From: Octopus sinensis
Lineage: Eukaryota
DNA length: 64,000 bases
Direction: 5' to 3'
Assembly: GCF_006345805.1 (NCBI RefSeq)
Contig: NC_043010.1
Span: 8,990,001 to 9,054,000 of the forward strand
A program made the position numbers and the translations under genes. The notes beneath the pieces were generated by a model. The model searched no databases and had not been told where the DNA came from. It saw nothing but the letters and a program-made list of their open reading frames with translations. Shown piece by piece: positions 13,829-28,258 of the stretch (positions are counted from its first letter, which is position 1; each line of letters starts with the position of its first letter).

Positions 13829-15265
13829 TCTACATCATCACCTATAGATTCTAACTCAGTTAATGTTGACCATACATCTTCCTCCCATGTATGTGCAGGT
13901 CTAGGCAGGATTTTTTGAAGGAGACTGAGAGATGTCCATGCATGTAAGTCACCCATAGCAATGAATAAATGCTACCGCTGACTTGGGCTGATAAAATTTG
14001 GTACCATTGTCCTCACAGCAGTTGATCTCAGGTCACAAAAAGCCAGAACAGATACTACAAGACATCTCTCTTGACTCTCTAAGCCTCCACCTTGGATTTT
14101 TTTGACTCTGAATGGATGAAAGGCAAAGTTGAATTCAGAATACAGAGAGCTGTAACAACTATCCACTCTAACAGCTCTGCCATTTTACCACCATTTAAAA
14201 CATTTAAAACATGGCACTTATAAATATTAATTATAATATATGATATGATTATAATTAAATATTAAGTATAATATTATAGTATTAATATTCATGATATTAA
14301 GCCTATAAATATAGATACTATAAACTACAGAAAATTATTTAGTTCTTTGTTTTTAATCAATAAATGAAACAATAGTCAAGATTTTATATTTAGAATATCA
14401 GTGGCCTAATGGCAAGGGTTTTACACTTATGATAAGAAGATCATGGTTTGAATCCTGGACCAAGTAGTGTGCTGTGTTCTTGAGCAAAATATGCCATTTT
14501 TTTATACCTGTAGGAGTGAGACATTTCTACAGGCCAGTCCATCACAGGGGTACTCTTTGACAGCTGCCTGAACTGGAGTAATCAATAAGAAAAGAGCAAT
14601 CAGTAAAAAAAGAAGTAAAAGTAAAATAAGTCCCCTGCTTTACTTTTTGTGTCATGGACTTCTAAGGGCTGGTTACTCAGTTTTCACGGCCAATAAATGC
14701 CCAAGATTGAGACAATTCTTCTACTGGCCAGTCCATGGTAGGGTCACACTTTTATAGCTGCATCAAAGGAAGCAATGACAAGTTAAGTCTTTTACCCCAG
14801 AAAATAATTAGAGTGCACTACTTGGTCCACAAATTGAAACCGCGATCTTTTGATTGTGACTGCAATGATTTAACCACTTGGCCATGTGCCTTCATCTTAA
14901 GTAAGAAATCAATGATAAAATTGGTTGAGCATCAGACTAAATGCACTACAGTATTTAGCTTTATACTGTAAGTCATTGAACATATAAAAAGAATTAATAC
15001 TACCATCACCTTCAGTGATAGACTTTAAATAACTATACTGGAATGTGATATTGTTGCTATTGCTGTTGTTATTGTTGTTGTTGTTTCATTCTATATCAGT
15101 TCTTGGTAAGCAAGTCTGTTATATCAAAGACATTCAAGCCTTGATTGTTCTGTCTTCTTGTATATCACCATCTAATGTGTTCCTTCTGCTTTAAGACAGA
15201 ACTGTGTGATGAGGGAATTTCGTTGCTATTCCAAGCAGGACAAATGACCACACAAAGGGTTTGTA

Positions 15266-15270
<5 letters not shown>

Positions 15271-15311
<41 letters not shown>

Positions 15312-17139
15312 CATGCATGTGTGTGTGCTTCTATGCTTGTGTGTATGTTTCTGCAATAGGTAGTAGGTGTTGTTTCATTAGCCATGTGTTGAAAAAATAA
15401 GTACCAATCATATAAAAAAGGAAGAAAGGTACTCCCTGAGCTATAAATCCTTAGGGTTAGGGTTTCCTAGATTCTTTGACATATTTTTCTTCCCCTGGAT
15501 GGGATACCAGTCCATCACAGGATTACTCATTTTTGTCAGCTCAAGAACACACAACACATTGCCTGGTCCAGGAATTGAACCCACAATCTTATGAGCATGA
15601 GTGTAACACTCCAAGCATTAAGCCATGATCCCCTACATACCACTCATATGCCATGGTCGATTCAGTGAACTCTTCTCTCTCTCCCTCTCCTTCTCTCTCT
15701 CTCTCTTTCTCCTCTCTTTTCTCTCTCTCTCTCTCTCTTTCTCTCTGCTCGTTTTCTCTCTCTCATCACTTTAAATGTTTTCTTTTGATAGTAATCATTA
15801 CTATGCATTGTGGTAGTAACAATGATGTTGATGAAAAAAAAGAAACTGAGAGTTCAGTGGTAAAAAGCCACTGATCATAGGATACAAGAGAGAGAGAGAG
15901 AGGAGAGAGAGAGTAGAGAGAGAGAGAGAGAGAAGAGAGAAGAAGAGAGACAGAGAGAGAGAGAGAAAATGAGAGAGAGGGAGCAAGCAAAGGTATAAGC
16001 TTTAGCAGGGTGTGATGTGGTGAGCAGATGGGAGATACAACACCGCAGTCACAGCAAGCAATGGTCATTGTGAAAGTAATGTAAAGAATAAACAGATTTT
16101 TCACACCTCTAATTCCATGGCTTTTCCATGACAGCTTAGTGGTGAGTTATATTAATGTTTACAACTTTTGGTGTCCACCAATTATGTCCAGCTAATCACA
16201 ATAGGATCTCACCTTCTCACTCTCTCTCTTGTATCTCTCTAACTTTCACTTTCGGTTTATCTTTCTTTTTTTCTTTCTTTCCTCAAAGCCTCAGAACAAT
16301 AAAGAAAACAAAATAAAAATAAAAATAATCATAAATCTCAGTCCAATATCTCTATTTGTAGGCAAACAAAAGAAGATTATCTTTTTGTCCACAAACAATA
16401 ATGGATTGATCACCGTTGTGAGTATATAACCTGCTCTACACAGATGCATTCAAGGAACATTATTTCAGTTTAGTATTGATAACTGCTTTCTACAGTTCAG
16501 TGATGTGTCATGGCGATATTGAGCAGATTGAGATTGAAATCAATGCTATAAGGGCTTCATTAGAATTTGTAACCATGTGTGTGGATGGATGTCTTGTATA
16601 CACATCATTTATCATCAAACGGGGGGGAATTTATACAATGAGGACGCAGTGATATCCTTGAACAAATACATTCATTTTATAACTCTGACCAAACACTGTG
16701 TGTGTATGCATGCGTGTGAAAGCGGGAAATATATATTTGTGTGTGTGTGTGTGTGGTGTGTGTGTGTGTGTGTGTGCGTGCATGCATGTGTGTGTGCTTC
16801 TATGCTTGGTGTATGTTTCTGCAATAGGTAGTAGGTGTTGTTTCATTAGCCATGTGTTGAAAAAATAAGTACCAATCATATAAAAAAGGAAGAAAGGTAC
16901 TCCCTGAGCTATAAATCCTTAGGGTCAGTTTCCTAGATTCTTTGACATATATTTTCTTCCCCTGGATGGGATACCAGTCCATCACAGGATTACTCATTTT
17001 TGTCAGCTCAAGAACACACAACACATTGCCTGGTCCAGGAATTGAACCCACAATCTTATGAGCATGAGTGTAACACTCCAAGCATTAAGCCATGATCCCC
17101 TACATACCACTCATATGCCATGGTCGATTCAGTGAACTC

Positions 17140-17196
<57 letters not shown>

Positions 17197-17312
17197 ATCA
17201 CTTTATGTTTTCTGTGTTGATGTAATCATTACTATGCATTGTGGTAGTAACAATGATGTTGATGAAAAACTCTTGTGTCAGTGTAAAAAGCCACTGATCA
17301 TAGGATACAGAG

Positions 17313-17386
<74 letters not shown>

Positions 17387-18173
17387 GACAGAGAGAGAGA
17401 GAGAGAAAATGAGAGAGAGGGAGCAAGCAAAGGTATTAAGCTTTAGCAGGGTGTGATGTGGTGAGCAGATGGGAGATACAACACCCAGCAGTCACAGCAA
17501 GCAATGTTCATTGTGAAAGTAATGTAAAGAATAAACAGATTTTTCACACCTCTAATTCCATGGCTTTTCCATGACAGCTTAGTGGTGAGTTATATTAATG
17601 TTTACAACTTTTGGTGTCCACCAATTATGTCCAGCTAATCACAATAGGATCTCACCTTCTCAACTCTCTCTCTTGTATCTCTCTAACTTTCACTTTCGGT
17701 TTCTCTTTCTTTTTTTCTTTCTTTCCTCAAAGCCTCAGAACAATAAAAAAAACAAAATAAAAATAAAAATAATCATAAATCTCAGTCCAATATCTCTATT
17801 TGTAGGCAAACAAAAGAAGATTATCTTTTTGTCCACAAACAATAATGGATTGATCACCGTTGTGAGTATATAACCTGCTCTACACAGATGCATTCAAGGA
17901 ACATTATTTCAGTTTAGTATTGATAACTGCTTTCTACAGTTCAGTGATGTGTCATGGCGATATTGAGCAGATTGAGATTGAAATCAATGCTATAAGGGCT
18001 TCATTAGAATTTGTAACCATGTGTGTGGATGGATGTCTTGTATACACATCATTTATCATCAAACGGGGGGGAATTTATACCAATGAGGACGCAGTGATAT
18101 CCTTGAACAAATACATTCATTATTAACTCTGACCAAACACCTGTGTGTATGCATGCGTGTGAAAGCGGGAAAG

Positions 18174-18205
<32 letters not shown>
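15271..18205. repeat. Tandem duplication of ~1.47 kb, two copies bounded by (GT)n
   Basis: 15308 aligns to 16777 (offset 1469). Differences are mostly 1-3 nt indels, so a false duplication is likely. Confidence 0.92.
16135..16522 (+). other. Candidate spliced mini-exons (7 nt, 56 nt, terminal); duplicate at 17578-17966
   Basis: gacag|cttagtg|gtgagt, tttgtag|56 nt|gtgagt, a 78-nt intron, then tctacag|ttcagt. The phase-consistent peptide LSGKQKKIIFLSTNNNGLITVFSDVSWRY* is not recognised. Confidence 0.25.
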
Positions 18206-18206
<1 letters not shown>

Positions 18207-18574
18207 ACATATACATGGCTGTGTGTGTGAGGTTTAATGAGAAACGGATCTGAATGTCAATATGTGCCACTTAGCGATAATATCCAAGGGGATAGATTAC
18301 TGCCCACCTGACTGGTGAGTCACCAGTTCAAATTCCATAGATGATATTCCACCGTGTCCCTGGAGGAAGGAACGTAATTTTGATGAGAATGCAATTTGAA
18401 TCTGGTATTGCCCAGTTGTAATAAAACTGAAGAGTATTGTTTTTAAGGGATCCTTGACTACAAGAAGCAATTTCATCTTACCTATCTCCACTCCATCTTA
18501 TATCCTATTGTGGGTATGTAGATAAACATTTGAACATGCATATGTAAGGAAATATGATTATATATATATATATA

Positions 18575-18725
18575 TACGTTATATAATTAGGGTTCTGTAA
18601 AAAAATTTTACTTTACCACACACCGAACTTTTAGAAATAGCAGCCAAAAAATTTTAGCTATTTCTTCTACTATAAGGTGTGTGGTAAAGTAAAATTTTTT
18701 TACTGAACCCTAATTATATAACGTA
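18575..18725. mobile_element. Fold-back element / MITE with 50-bp arms
   Basis: 18575-18624 matches the reverse complement of 18676-18725 at 49/50 positions. It lies next to (TA)n. Confidence 0.85.
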
Positions 18726-18818
18726 AAGTTTTAAATATACCGTAAATGGTCTTTTTACATACTGAACACTACTTGGTAAAATTAACTAATAATTAATTAA
18801 TTTTACCCTTTTATTATT

Positions 18819-18860
<42 letters not shown>

Positions 18861-18862
<2 letters not shown>

Positions 18863-19267
18863 CACAGACATGGCTGAGTGGTAAGAAGCTTGCTTCCCAA
18901 CCACATGGTTCCGGGTTCAGTCTCACTGCGTGGCACTTTGGGCAAGTGTCTTCTACTATAGCCTTGGGTTGAAAAAAATTTGTGAGAGGATTTAGTAGAC
19001 AGAAGCTGGAAGAACCCTGTCGTATATATATGAATATATCTATATGTGTGTATGTGTTTGTATATGTGTTTGTTCCCACACCACTGCTTGACAACCGGTG
19101 TTGGTGTGTTCATGGCCCTGTAACTTAGCAGTTCAGCAAAAGAGACTGATAGAATAACTACGAGGCTTAAATAGAAAATTAGTACTGGGGTTGATTAGTT
19201 TGACTAAAATTCCTGAAGGCGGCGTGCCAGCATGGCCACAGTCTAACGACTGAAACAAGTAAAAATA

Positions 19268-19270
<3 letters not shown>
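18861..19270 (+). mobile_element. Family A SINE, diverged full-length copy
   Basis: ggcacagacatggctgagtggtaagaagc...ggcactttgggcaagtgtcttc...gactgaaacaagtaaaaatag. Confidence 0.85.
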
Positions 19271-19302
<32 letters not shown>

Positions 19303-19954
19303 CATACATATATACATACATACATATATATATATGTGTGTGTGTGTGTGTGTATATATATACATACATACATATCACTACAAAGTGTTTGGTGTTAGAA
19401 AGGGCAAACCACCTTAGAAGCCATGCCTAGCCAGACACAGGAACACAATGTGCCTATGAATCCATCCAACCTGGGGCAACATGAAACACGAATGTTTAAT
19501 TGATGATGATGTTGGTGATGCTGCTGCTGCTGATGATGATGATAATGTTGATAATAATGTTGATGATCATTATAATGATGTGTGTGTGTTTGTTTGTATA
19601 TATATATATATATATTATATATATATATATATATAAATCACTGTTTGCTAAATCTCTTAGTTTATTTTCACTTATTTTAAGCATAAATATTCCTTATTCT
19701 AGTTGCCCTCTTTTCTCTAGAAAATGAGATTGTCTTTTCCTAAATGACATGGCTGTTTTAGAGAATCCTTGATTCTTGGGATTATCTTTATTTGTATTTG
19801 GAGTCGACTACAGTTCTCACAAGACATTTCTTTATTCTTCTTACGAAGAGAAGAAATTTTCAATAAATGAAGAATGTAATTTGTATAGACATCTAAAGGC
19901 AGTTTTTGTTTCCAAATTCCTTGAATAATCTCAGTTGATCAAAGCTTTTTAAGG

Positions 19955-20448
19955 TGCACTAGCATCAACCATACTCGAATGGTGCTTTTTATGTGCCACC
20001 AACATATGAGCCAGTTAGGCGACACAGCATCAACCACGGTTGAATGGTACTTTTTATGTGCCACAGGTACTGGCATTGGTTGCTCTTGAATGGTGCTTTT
20101 TACGTGTCGCTGGCCATGACTATGATGTCACTTGACTCAACAGGTCTTCTCAAGCACAGCATATTTTCATTCTGGTGATAATGTCTGCACCAACGTCATT
20201 GGTTCTGCTTACAAAGGCAGCAACATATGACAACATCACAGCAACCTGAAGATGAGACAAGGAAAGTCTAGAAATATTGATGATGGTTGGCATTAGGAAG
20301 GGCATCCAGCTGTAGAAACTCTGCCCGATCAGATTGGAGCTTGGTGTAGCCATCTGGTTCACCAGTCTTCAGTCAAAATCGTCCAACCCATGCAAGCATG
20401 GAAAGCGAACGAACGTTAAACGATGATGATGATGATGATGATGATGAT
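19955..20448 (+). mobile_element. Retroposon family D with (GAT)n tail
   Basis: ggttggcattaggaagggcatccagctgtagaaactctgcc...gttaaacgatgatgat. Homologues lie at 39225-39500 and 42630-42975. Confidence 0.8.
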
Positions 20449-21382
20449 TCCATACTGGAATGAGTTGGACAGTTTTACAAGGATCTAATCAGCTCAATAA
20501 CTGCATAGTGCTCTGGTGTGTGCTATGGCATGGTTTCTATGGTTAGATGTCCTACCTAATGCTTTACCAAATGCCAACCACTTTACTGCTTGTACTGGGA
20601 GCTGTTTTTTTTTTTTTGGTACTAGCACTTGTGAGAATGCCCTGCAGCTTACTAGACTATGAACCATGAGTAGGATTTAGCAGCTTGATGTTAAGAGAGT
20701 AAAGAGTTGAGAGGAGTAAAATATGAGAGTAAAAAAAAAAAGGTCAGAGTTTGTTGCTGTAGAGGTACAACATGGCCACTTATATTTTAGAAGAGATGGT
20801 GGTGTGGAGGAATGAAGCAGGTAAGTGATATAAGTGATAATGTGTCAGAGTGGCCCTTCAAGGTAAGAAGAGTTGGGTAGAAATGAGAAAGGTGTGGGCT
20901 GGGACAACAGAGACGCCAGGAAAATGAGTTGGGGAGTAGAGGATGTCTGATTGTTCAGAGCAGCAGAATACAAACGATGGATGTTACAGAAAATAGGAAG
21001 ACGAAATGGAGATGATATGCTGTTGGGTAGGTTACAGGAGTGAATGAGGAAAAGAGAGAGGCAAATGCTCGGTATGAGGAGGGGGGGATGTATGGTGGGG
21101 TGCAAAGGAGAGATAATTGGTGTCACAGTAGGGGGTGGGTGATCAATAAAAGTACGGCTGAAGATCAATATGTACATTCATGTATACATACATATATGAA
21201 TATATATGCATCTATATTTCTATCTGCATGCGTATGTATGTATATATACATGCATGTGTGTATGTGTGTATGTGTGTATGTATGTATATATGCATGCATG
21301 TATATGTGTGTATATATATGCATATATTTATATACATACACACATATATATATATATATATATAGATATATATATATATATG

Positions 21383-21415
<33 letters not shown>

Positions 21416-21417
21416 TA

Positions 21418-21460
<43 letters not shown>

Positions 21461-22033
21461 ATTTATATGCATACATATTTACATATATTGATATATATCA
21501 ATATAGGTGTGTGTATACATATATCTATATATATTAATATATATTCATATGTTTATGTGCAATCACGTATACATGTACACATAGCTGATATATGATATTA
21601 TACAAGATCATATTCCAGCATATGGTATCGTGAATTTTTGTTCCATTTCTTTTTCCACATTGGATGATGTGTATACATATGTATATGAATGCATTCCTTC
21701 GAGGATGTATGTCCATGTATACATGTGTGTATAGATGTTGTATTTGTATATATGTGTTTTTTGCATGCATTTATATATGCTAATCTCAGTTAGAGGGAAG
21801 AAGTCAGGCACTATCGTATTCCCTAGGGTGGGGGAGTTCTCCGGAGAAAAGTCCGAATTGATTATCTCTCTGACTGAACATTCATTCATATAAAACTACC
21901 GAAGAATAGATAACAGTTGACGGTAATAGTGTCAGAAAAAATAAATTGGACTTCAGCTCTGGCTCTTTCTGATTGGATTTCTGGTTTCCACCTGTAAAAT
22001 AGAGTATCAGAGCTTACGTTTCACTAAAAAAGA

Positions 22034-22468
22034 GGCGCAGGAGTGGCTGTGTGGTAAGTAGCTTGTTTACTAACCACATGGTTCCAGGTTCAATCCCACT
22101 GCGTGGCACCTTGGGTAAGTGTCTTCTACTACAGCCTCGGGCCGACCAAAGCCTTGTGAGTGGATTTGGTAGACGGAAACTGAAAGAAGCCTGTCGTATA
22201 TATGTATATATATGTATATATGTATATATATGTATATATATGTATATATATGTATATATGTGTGTGCGTATATGTTTGTGTTTGTCCCCCTAGCATTGCT
22301 TGACAACCGATGCTGGTGTGTTTATGTCCCCGTCACCTAGCGGTTCGGCAAAAGAGACCAATAGAATAAATACTGGGCTTACGAAGAATAAGTCCCGGGG
22401 TCGAGTTGCTCGATTAAAGGCAGTGCTCCAGCACGGCCGCAGTCAAATGACTGAAACAAGTAAAAGAG
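22034..22468 (+). mobile_element. Family A SINE, full length
   Basis: ggcgcaggagtggctgtgtggtaagtagc...ggttcaatccc (B-box-like)...gtcaaatgactgaaacaagtaaaagag. Confidence 0.92.
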
Positions 22469-22599
22469 AGATTGTCTTGTTGAATCAGTAAAATGTGGGA
22501 CATAATGCCGGTTTTTAATTGCAGCCCGTAACATTCTGAGTTCTAATTCCTAACAAGCTCTGCTTGGTCTTTCATCTTTCTGAGGACAACAGCATAAAA

Positions 22600-24650
22600 C
22601 AAGGAGAGTAAAGGTTTGGATAGCAGTATGAGTTTTTCTTTGTTTTTACTTGTATTTGAAGTGAGGGACAGAGCTTGTGGTCCTTGTGGACCTTTTGAGA
22701 GCAGTGTGATTGGTGCATTTAATGTTCCATTCAAACTGGTGCTAGTCAAAACTAGTAGGAAAGCTATAAACCTAGTGAACATTCCAGAGGGTCAATAATC
22801 TTGGGATGAAGAATTAGGCATAGAGGTTAGTGTAGGGAAAGAGAAAGTTTGGAAGCACCAAAGATTTTGAAAGATAGTGAGATGAGTATTAAGAGTGCCT
22901 GGGTAGAGAAGGGCATAATACCAGACAACACCAAGGGGTAAAGATTATAGTAATAATCAGGAAAAAGAAAGAGCACGGCATATCAGTGGGTCAGAGGCTA
23001 GAGTGTGTCCATTAGAAATAGAATGCCAGTCAGCTGAGCTTTGTCTGTCTGTGCTCCTGGACGTCAGTGTGAATAGCAGCAACACCATCCTAGATATGAA
23101 ACCAGTATTCCCACATCTCAAGTGGTCTTCCCACAAACCTCGTGGAGTATCAGGAGCACTTGTGGTGCTGAAACTTCTTCTAGACCTAAAGAGAAGGACT
23201 ATCTTTTGGACACAACCCAAGCTCTGTTAAAGATAGGCTTTTACCTAGAGAAATCCTTGGTGAGAATAAGAACTGTCAACTGGAGTGATTGTAAGGGTTC
23301 GATCTGAGTGCCACTCACATTCAAAAGGAGTGTGGTATTAATGTTTTCTTGATTTGAGTCGTTATTGAAATCTTTTGGTGATTAAAAGTGGTATGGTTGG
23401 CTTGGTCCCACAAGAGAATGCTCCTGAGGTTTCTGCTTAAGGAATTAATGTAAGTTTATCATGTGATGTCAAGAGTGTAAGTGGCTAATACATGGTTAGA
23501 AAAGGTTTAAGGAAGAATGAAGTGTTGTCATCTGTGTAAGAGTAGACTTGGCTGGAAGTGGTGGCAAGTAGATCGTTGATGTATAGGATGAAGAGAGTAG
23601 GGGACAGAACTAGACCCTGAGGAACACGGAATTTCATTGTGAGTTGGGCTGTAAGTGCTCTGTCAACATGAGCTTTAATGGCAGAATTTGATTGGAAGCA
23701 ACCAATCCAAAATATGAAAAATGGATGGAATCAATATGTGGAAAGTTTTTGTTTTGAAATTTTCCATGTCAGACATGAATGAAGACTTTGGTAATGTCTA
23801 GAGCAGCAACAGTGTTTTCAGTGAACTTCTCTGAAGCAAGAGCCCATAGTAAATAACATAAGGGAGTAGGTCGCAAGGGATCTGATTCTGTGAAAGTCAT
23901 GCTGTTGGTCACAAAGGAGAGGCAGAAATTCAAGGGAATGAGAATGTTGTTGTTAATGGCTGTTTCCATTAACTTCAAGATGTTAGGAACGAGAACAATA
24001 AGGTAGTAATGGTAGGAAGGGCTACTGGGCTGCCTTTCTTTGGAATGAAACACACTGAAGCATGCTTCCAAATGTCAGGGTATATTTCCATAGGGAATGA
24101 GAAATTGCAGAGTTGGGGAGTATAAGAACAGCTTCTGGGGTGCATTGGTTAAGTGTAGCAGAAGGGATAAAGCCAGGCCGTTGAGCTTGTTTCTAGAGGT
24201 ATTTCTGCACTTTTTGTGAGTGTAAGTTGTTAGGATAGATGGAGAGGATGCAGAAGAGATTGGCCAAGGATGGGTAGTATGAAGCTGAATGCAAAGCAAG
24301 CTGTGAAGGTGGAGGCTTTCTCTATGGATGTGTTGTTTGCAGAACCATCATTACTTAGAAGAGGAGAAAAGGAGGACACCACAAAACCGATGGAAACTTT
24401 CTTAGCCAGAAACCAGAAGGACTGGCTGTACTTTAGGAGGTGGTAAAGCTTGGAGGCTGTGTAATGCATCCTCCTCAAACCAAAGAATGACTTGATGGAA
24501 GTTGCATTACAAGGTGAATTCCATCTAATGTTAAGGTGATTGAGATTCCTTGGACACGGTAGGGCTTGTATTTTTGGTCCAGACAGATGCAATGCAACTA
24601 TGAGTAACCCACTTGGAGAACATGAACATGGAAAAGATGGAAAGTGGATA
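22600..24650 (-). mobile_element. Decayed non-LTR retrotransposon (CR1/L2/Jockey-superclade-like) ORF2 RT region
   Basis: The minus strand encodes RVPQGLVLSPTLFILYINDLLATTSSQVYSYTDD (23640-23520; RT motif and degenerate YADD), upstream QSFWFLAKKVS...FSPLLSNDGS...EKASTF, and downstream FIPRLLTLWN. It has multiple stops and frameshifts. Confidence 0.88.
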
Positions 24651-24663
24651 AATAGAAAGAAAC

Positions 24664-24711
<48 letters not shown>

Positions 24712-25225
24712 GGAACAAAGAGGAGGGAAGGAGATTATATGACAAAAATGAAGAGATGGAAGAGAAACAGAGAGATTAGGTAAGGAAGTGGAGGAGGAAG
24801 AATCTGAGAATATAAGAGAGTGAGAGAGAGAGGAAGATAAAAAGAAAGAGAGAATAGGAGTTTCAATCAAATTATTGCTGAGAAAATGAGAAGTGTTCTG
24901 TATAGCTAACACTATTAACAAACAGAGCTCAACCAAGGGAAACTTTATGTTGTAGTTTGGTATGCTAGAAATAACAGTCATATCGTCTTCATTTCACACA
25001 CTGCAATCTCAAAAATGGGACACAGGATGATGAGGGCCTGATGGACTGTATGAAAATAAGGACAGAGTGGTTGTTGAGTGAGTGCCTATGGTTTTATAGT
25101 TTTATATAGTTTTATAGGGTTGACATGGAACTAAACAATAACAACAACAACAGCAATAACCACTGCAAATGCCAACACTTCCACAACACCAACACTTCCA
25201 CAAGCACCAATACTATCACCATCAC

Positions 25226-25314
<89 letters not shown>

Positions 25315-26059
25315 ACAAGAGAATAACAATAATGATAAAGCATGCAGAAAAAGAAGAGTAAAAAAAAATATGATCATACAACATATAACAAATAAAAATA
25401 AAAATAAAATAAAATCAAGTACATGAACAAAAAAAAAACAAAAACGAATCAGGAAACAATATATAAATATCAACCGAAAATTTAGAAAAAAAAAGGAAAC
25501 AAAAAAGATACTTGTCACACAAATGAAATTTTGAAAAATAAAATTTAAAAAAATCATAAATATTAAAAAGATACTGTAAAAATTGTAAAAAAAAAAAAAA
25601 CGGAGGGAAACAAAAGTGTGCGTGAATGTGTGTGTGGTGTGTGTTGTGTGGTGGGGAGATGTTGTACTAAAATAAAACTTAATATGATTAGAATGTTTTG
25701 CATTGAAATGCAAAGTGAACGAAAGAAGAAGTGTAAAGTTGCCTATAGTGAGTGGTAGGAAATTTCCAACGGAGTTTTATTAGATAATTAAATAAAGTAA
25801 AAAAAAATAAAAATAAAAAAAATGAAATTCTAAAATTTCAACAAGACTACATATGAAAATGGGGGAGGAGAGGGGAGGAGAGGGAGAAAGAAAAAGAAAG
25901 AACGACTGAGAGAGAAAAGGAGAGGGAGGGAGAGTGTGTCAGTCAAGTAGGCGAGAAAGGAGAATGGAAAAGAGAAAGAGAAATGAGAAGATGCGGGAGG
26001 GAAAGTATTTATATATATGTATATATGCATGAATATCTATGTATATACATTTATATATG

Positions 26060-26091
<32 letters not shown>

Positions 26092-26165
26092 GCATACATA
26101 TCTATGTATATACACTTATATATGTAAATACATACATATACATATATGTGTATGATGTGTATATG

Positions 26166-26189
<24 letters not shown>

Positions 26190-26199
<10 letters not shown>

Positions 26200-26449
26200 A
26201 TATATATGCGCATGCAGGCATATGAGGGGGTGGTGGCAAACCGAGTATGGTGCATAAATGCTATACATATGTATTTTATAAAAATACAGTATATATAAAT
26301 ATGTATATATAGATGTATATATAATATATATATATATATATGCGCATGCAGGCATATGAGGGGGTGGGTGGCAAACACGTATGTGCATAAATGCATATAC
26401 ATATGTATGTTTATAAAAATACAGGTATATATAAAATATTATATATATG

Positions 26450-26470
<21 letters not shown>
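26190..26470. repeat. Tandem duplication of ~135 bp within (AT)n
   Basis: gcgcatgcaggcatatgagggggtgg... occurs at ~26208 and ~26342, differing by scattered 1-nt indels. Confidence 0.85.
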
Positions 26471-26504
<34 letters not shown>

Positions 26505-26689
26505 TACATATATATTTCTATGTATATATATTTGTACATATGTATCTACATATTTTAATATATGTATTTTATACACACATACATTATATCTATACATATA
26601 TATGTATATATATTTGAACATATGTATCTACATATTTTAAATATATATATATATATAAAATATATATATATATATAATATAAATATATA

Positions 26690-27387
26690 TATATATATGT
26701 ATACTGTTATATATATAGTTATTATGTATAGGGAGGGAGAGAAGAGAGAGGGGGGCGAGGCTTTGAGAGAGAGAATAAGAGGGTAAGTGAGAGAGAATAG
26801 AATTGGTTCAAAAAACACCATCAACAGAGAAGTGTTTTTAGTATTGATACAATGTACACACAATGTAATATTATTCTTTTTTTGAACAGAAGTTGAGGTT
26901 GGGGTTGAGCTAGGATAAAGTGAGTGAAATGAGTAAGTTGGGAGAGATGGGGGGAAAGATTTTTCATAGAAGATGAGATGAGTGAGAGAAGTGGAGTGCA
27001 AAGGGGTGGAGTGTGAGAGAAGTGTGATATGAAGATGATGATGATGATGATGATGATGTTGATTCTGCTAGCCCTGGTAGTAGGAGGGCAGGCTGGTGCA
27101 GGTGTAGTGGGAGTGACAACTGGGTGTGAAATACCATTGATGCCTCAGTGCTTGTTTCTCATTGCCTGTATGTATGTATGTATGTGAGTGTGTGTATATA
27201 TATGTATCTCTTAATATATATATAAAAATATATACATAAAAGAATATATACATTATATATATAATATATATATATATCACACACACACATACAACAACCA
27301 TACACACATACATATGTGTGTATGTATATGTATTTATATATGTATATATATAAAATATATATTTTTCCAAATTAATAATATATCAGT

Positions 27388-27449
<62 letters not shown>

Positions 27450-28258
27450 GTATACTGTTATATATATAGTTATATATGTATAGGGAGGGAGAGAAAGAGA
27501 GAGGGGGGCGAGGCTTTGAGAGAGAGAATAAGAGGGTAAGTGAGAGAAATAGAATTGGTTCAAAAAACACCATCAACAGAGAAGTGTTTTAGTATTGATA
27601 CAATGTACACACAATGTAATATTATTCTTTTGTGAAACAGAAGTTGAGGTTGGGGTGAGCTAGGATAAAGTGAGTGAAATGAGTAAGTTGGGAGAGATGG
27701 GGGGAAGAAGTTTTCATAGAAGAGAGATGAGTGAGAGAAGTGGAGTGCAAAGGGGTTGAGTGTGAGAAGTGTGATAGTGAAGATGATGATGATGATGATG
27801 ATGATGTTGATTCTGCTAGCCCTGGTAGTAGGAGGGCAGGCTGGTGCAGGTGTAGTGGGAGTGACAACTGGGTGTGAAATACCATTGATGCCTCAGTGCT
27901 TGTTTCTCATTGCCTGTATGTATGTATGTATGTGAGTGTGTGTATATATGTATCTCTTAATATATTATAAAAATATATACATAAAAAATATATACATTAT
28001 ATATAATATATATTATATACACACACACACATACAATACAAACCTACACACATACATATGTGTGTATGTATATGTATTTATATATGTATATATATAAAAT
28101 ATATACATAAAAGAATATATACATTATATATATATATATATATATATACACCACACACATACACAAACATACACACATACATATGTGTGTATGTATATGT
28201 ATTTATATATGTATATATATAAAAATATTATTTTTCCAAATTAATAATATATCAGTTG

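Noticed and set aside
21800-22020. Promoter-like stretch (reverse CCAAT) or minus-strand acceptor at ~21992
   Set aside because: It has isolated short motifs only, all frames close within about 35 codons, and there is no supporting gene context.
22034-22110. tRNA-like A/B boxes (also at the other SINE heads)
   Set aside because: They are heads of multi-copy SINEs continuing into CORE-like bodies and do not form a complete cloverleaf, so they are not tRNA genes.
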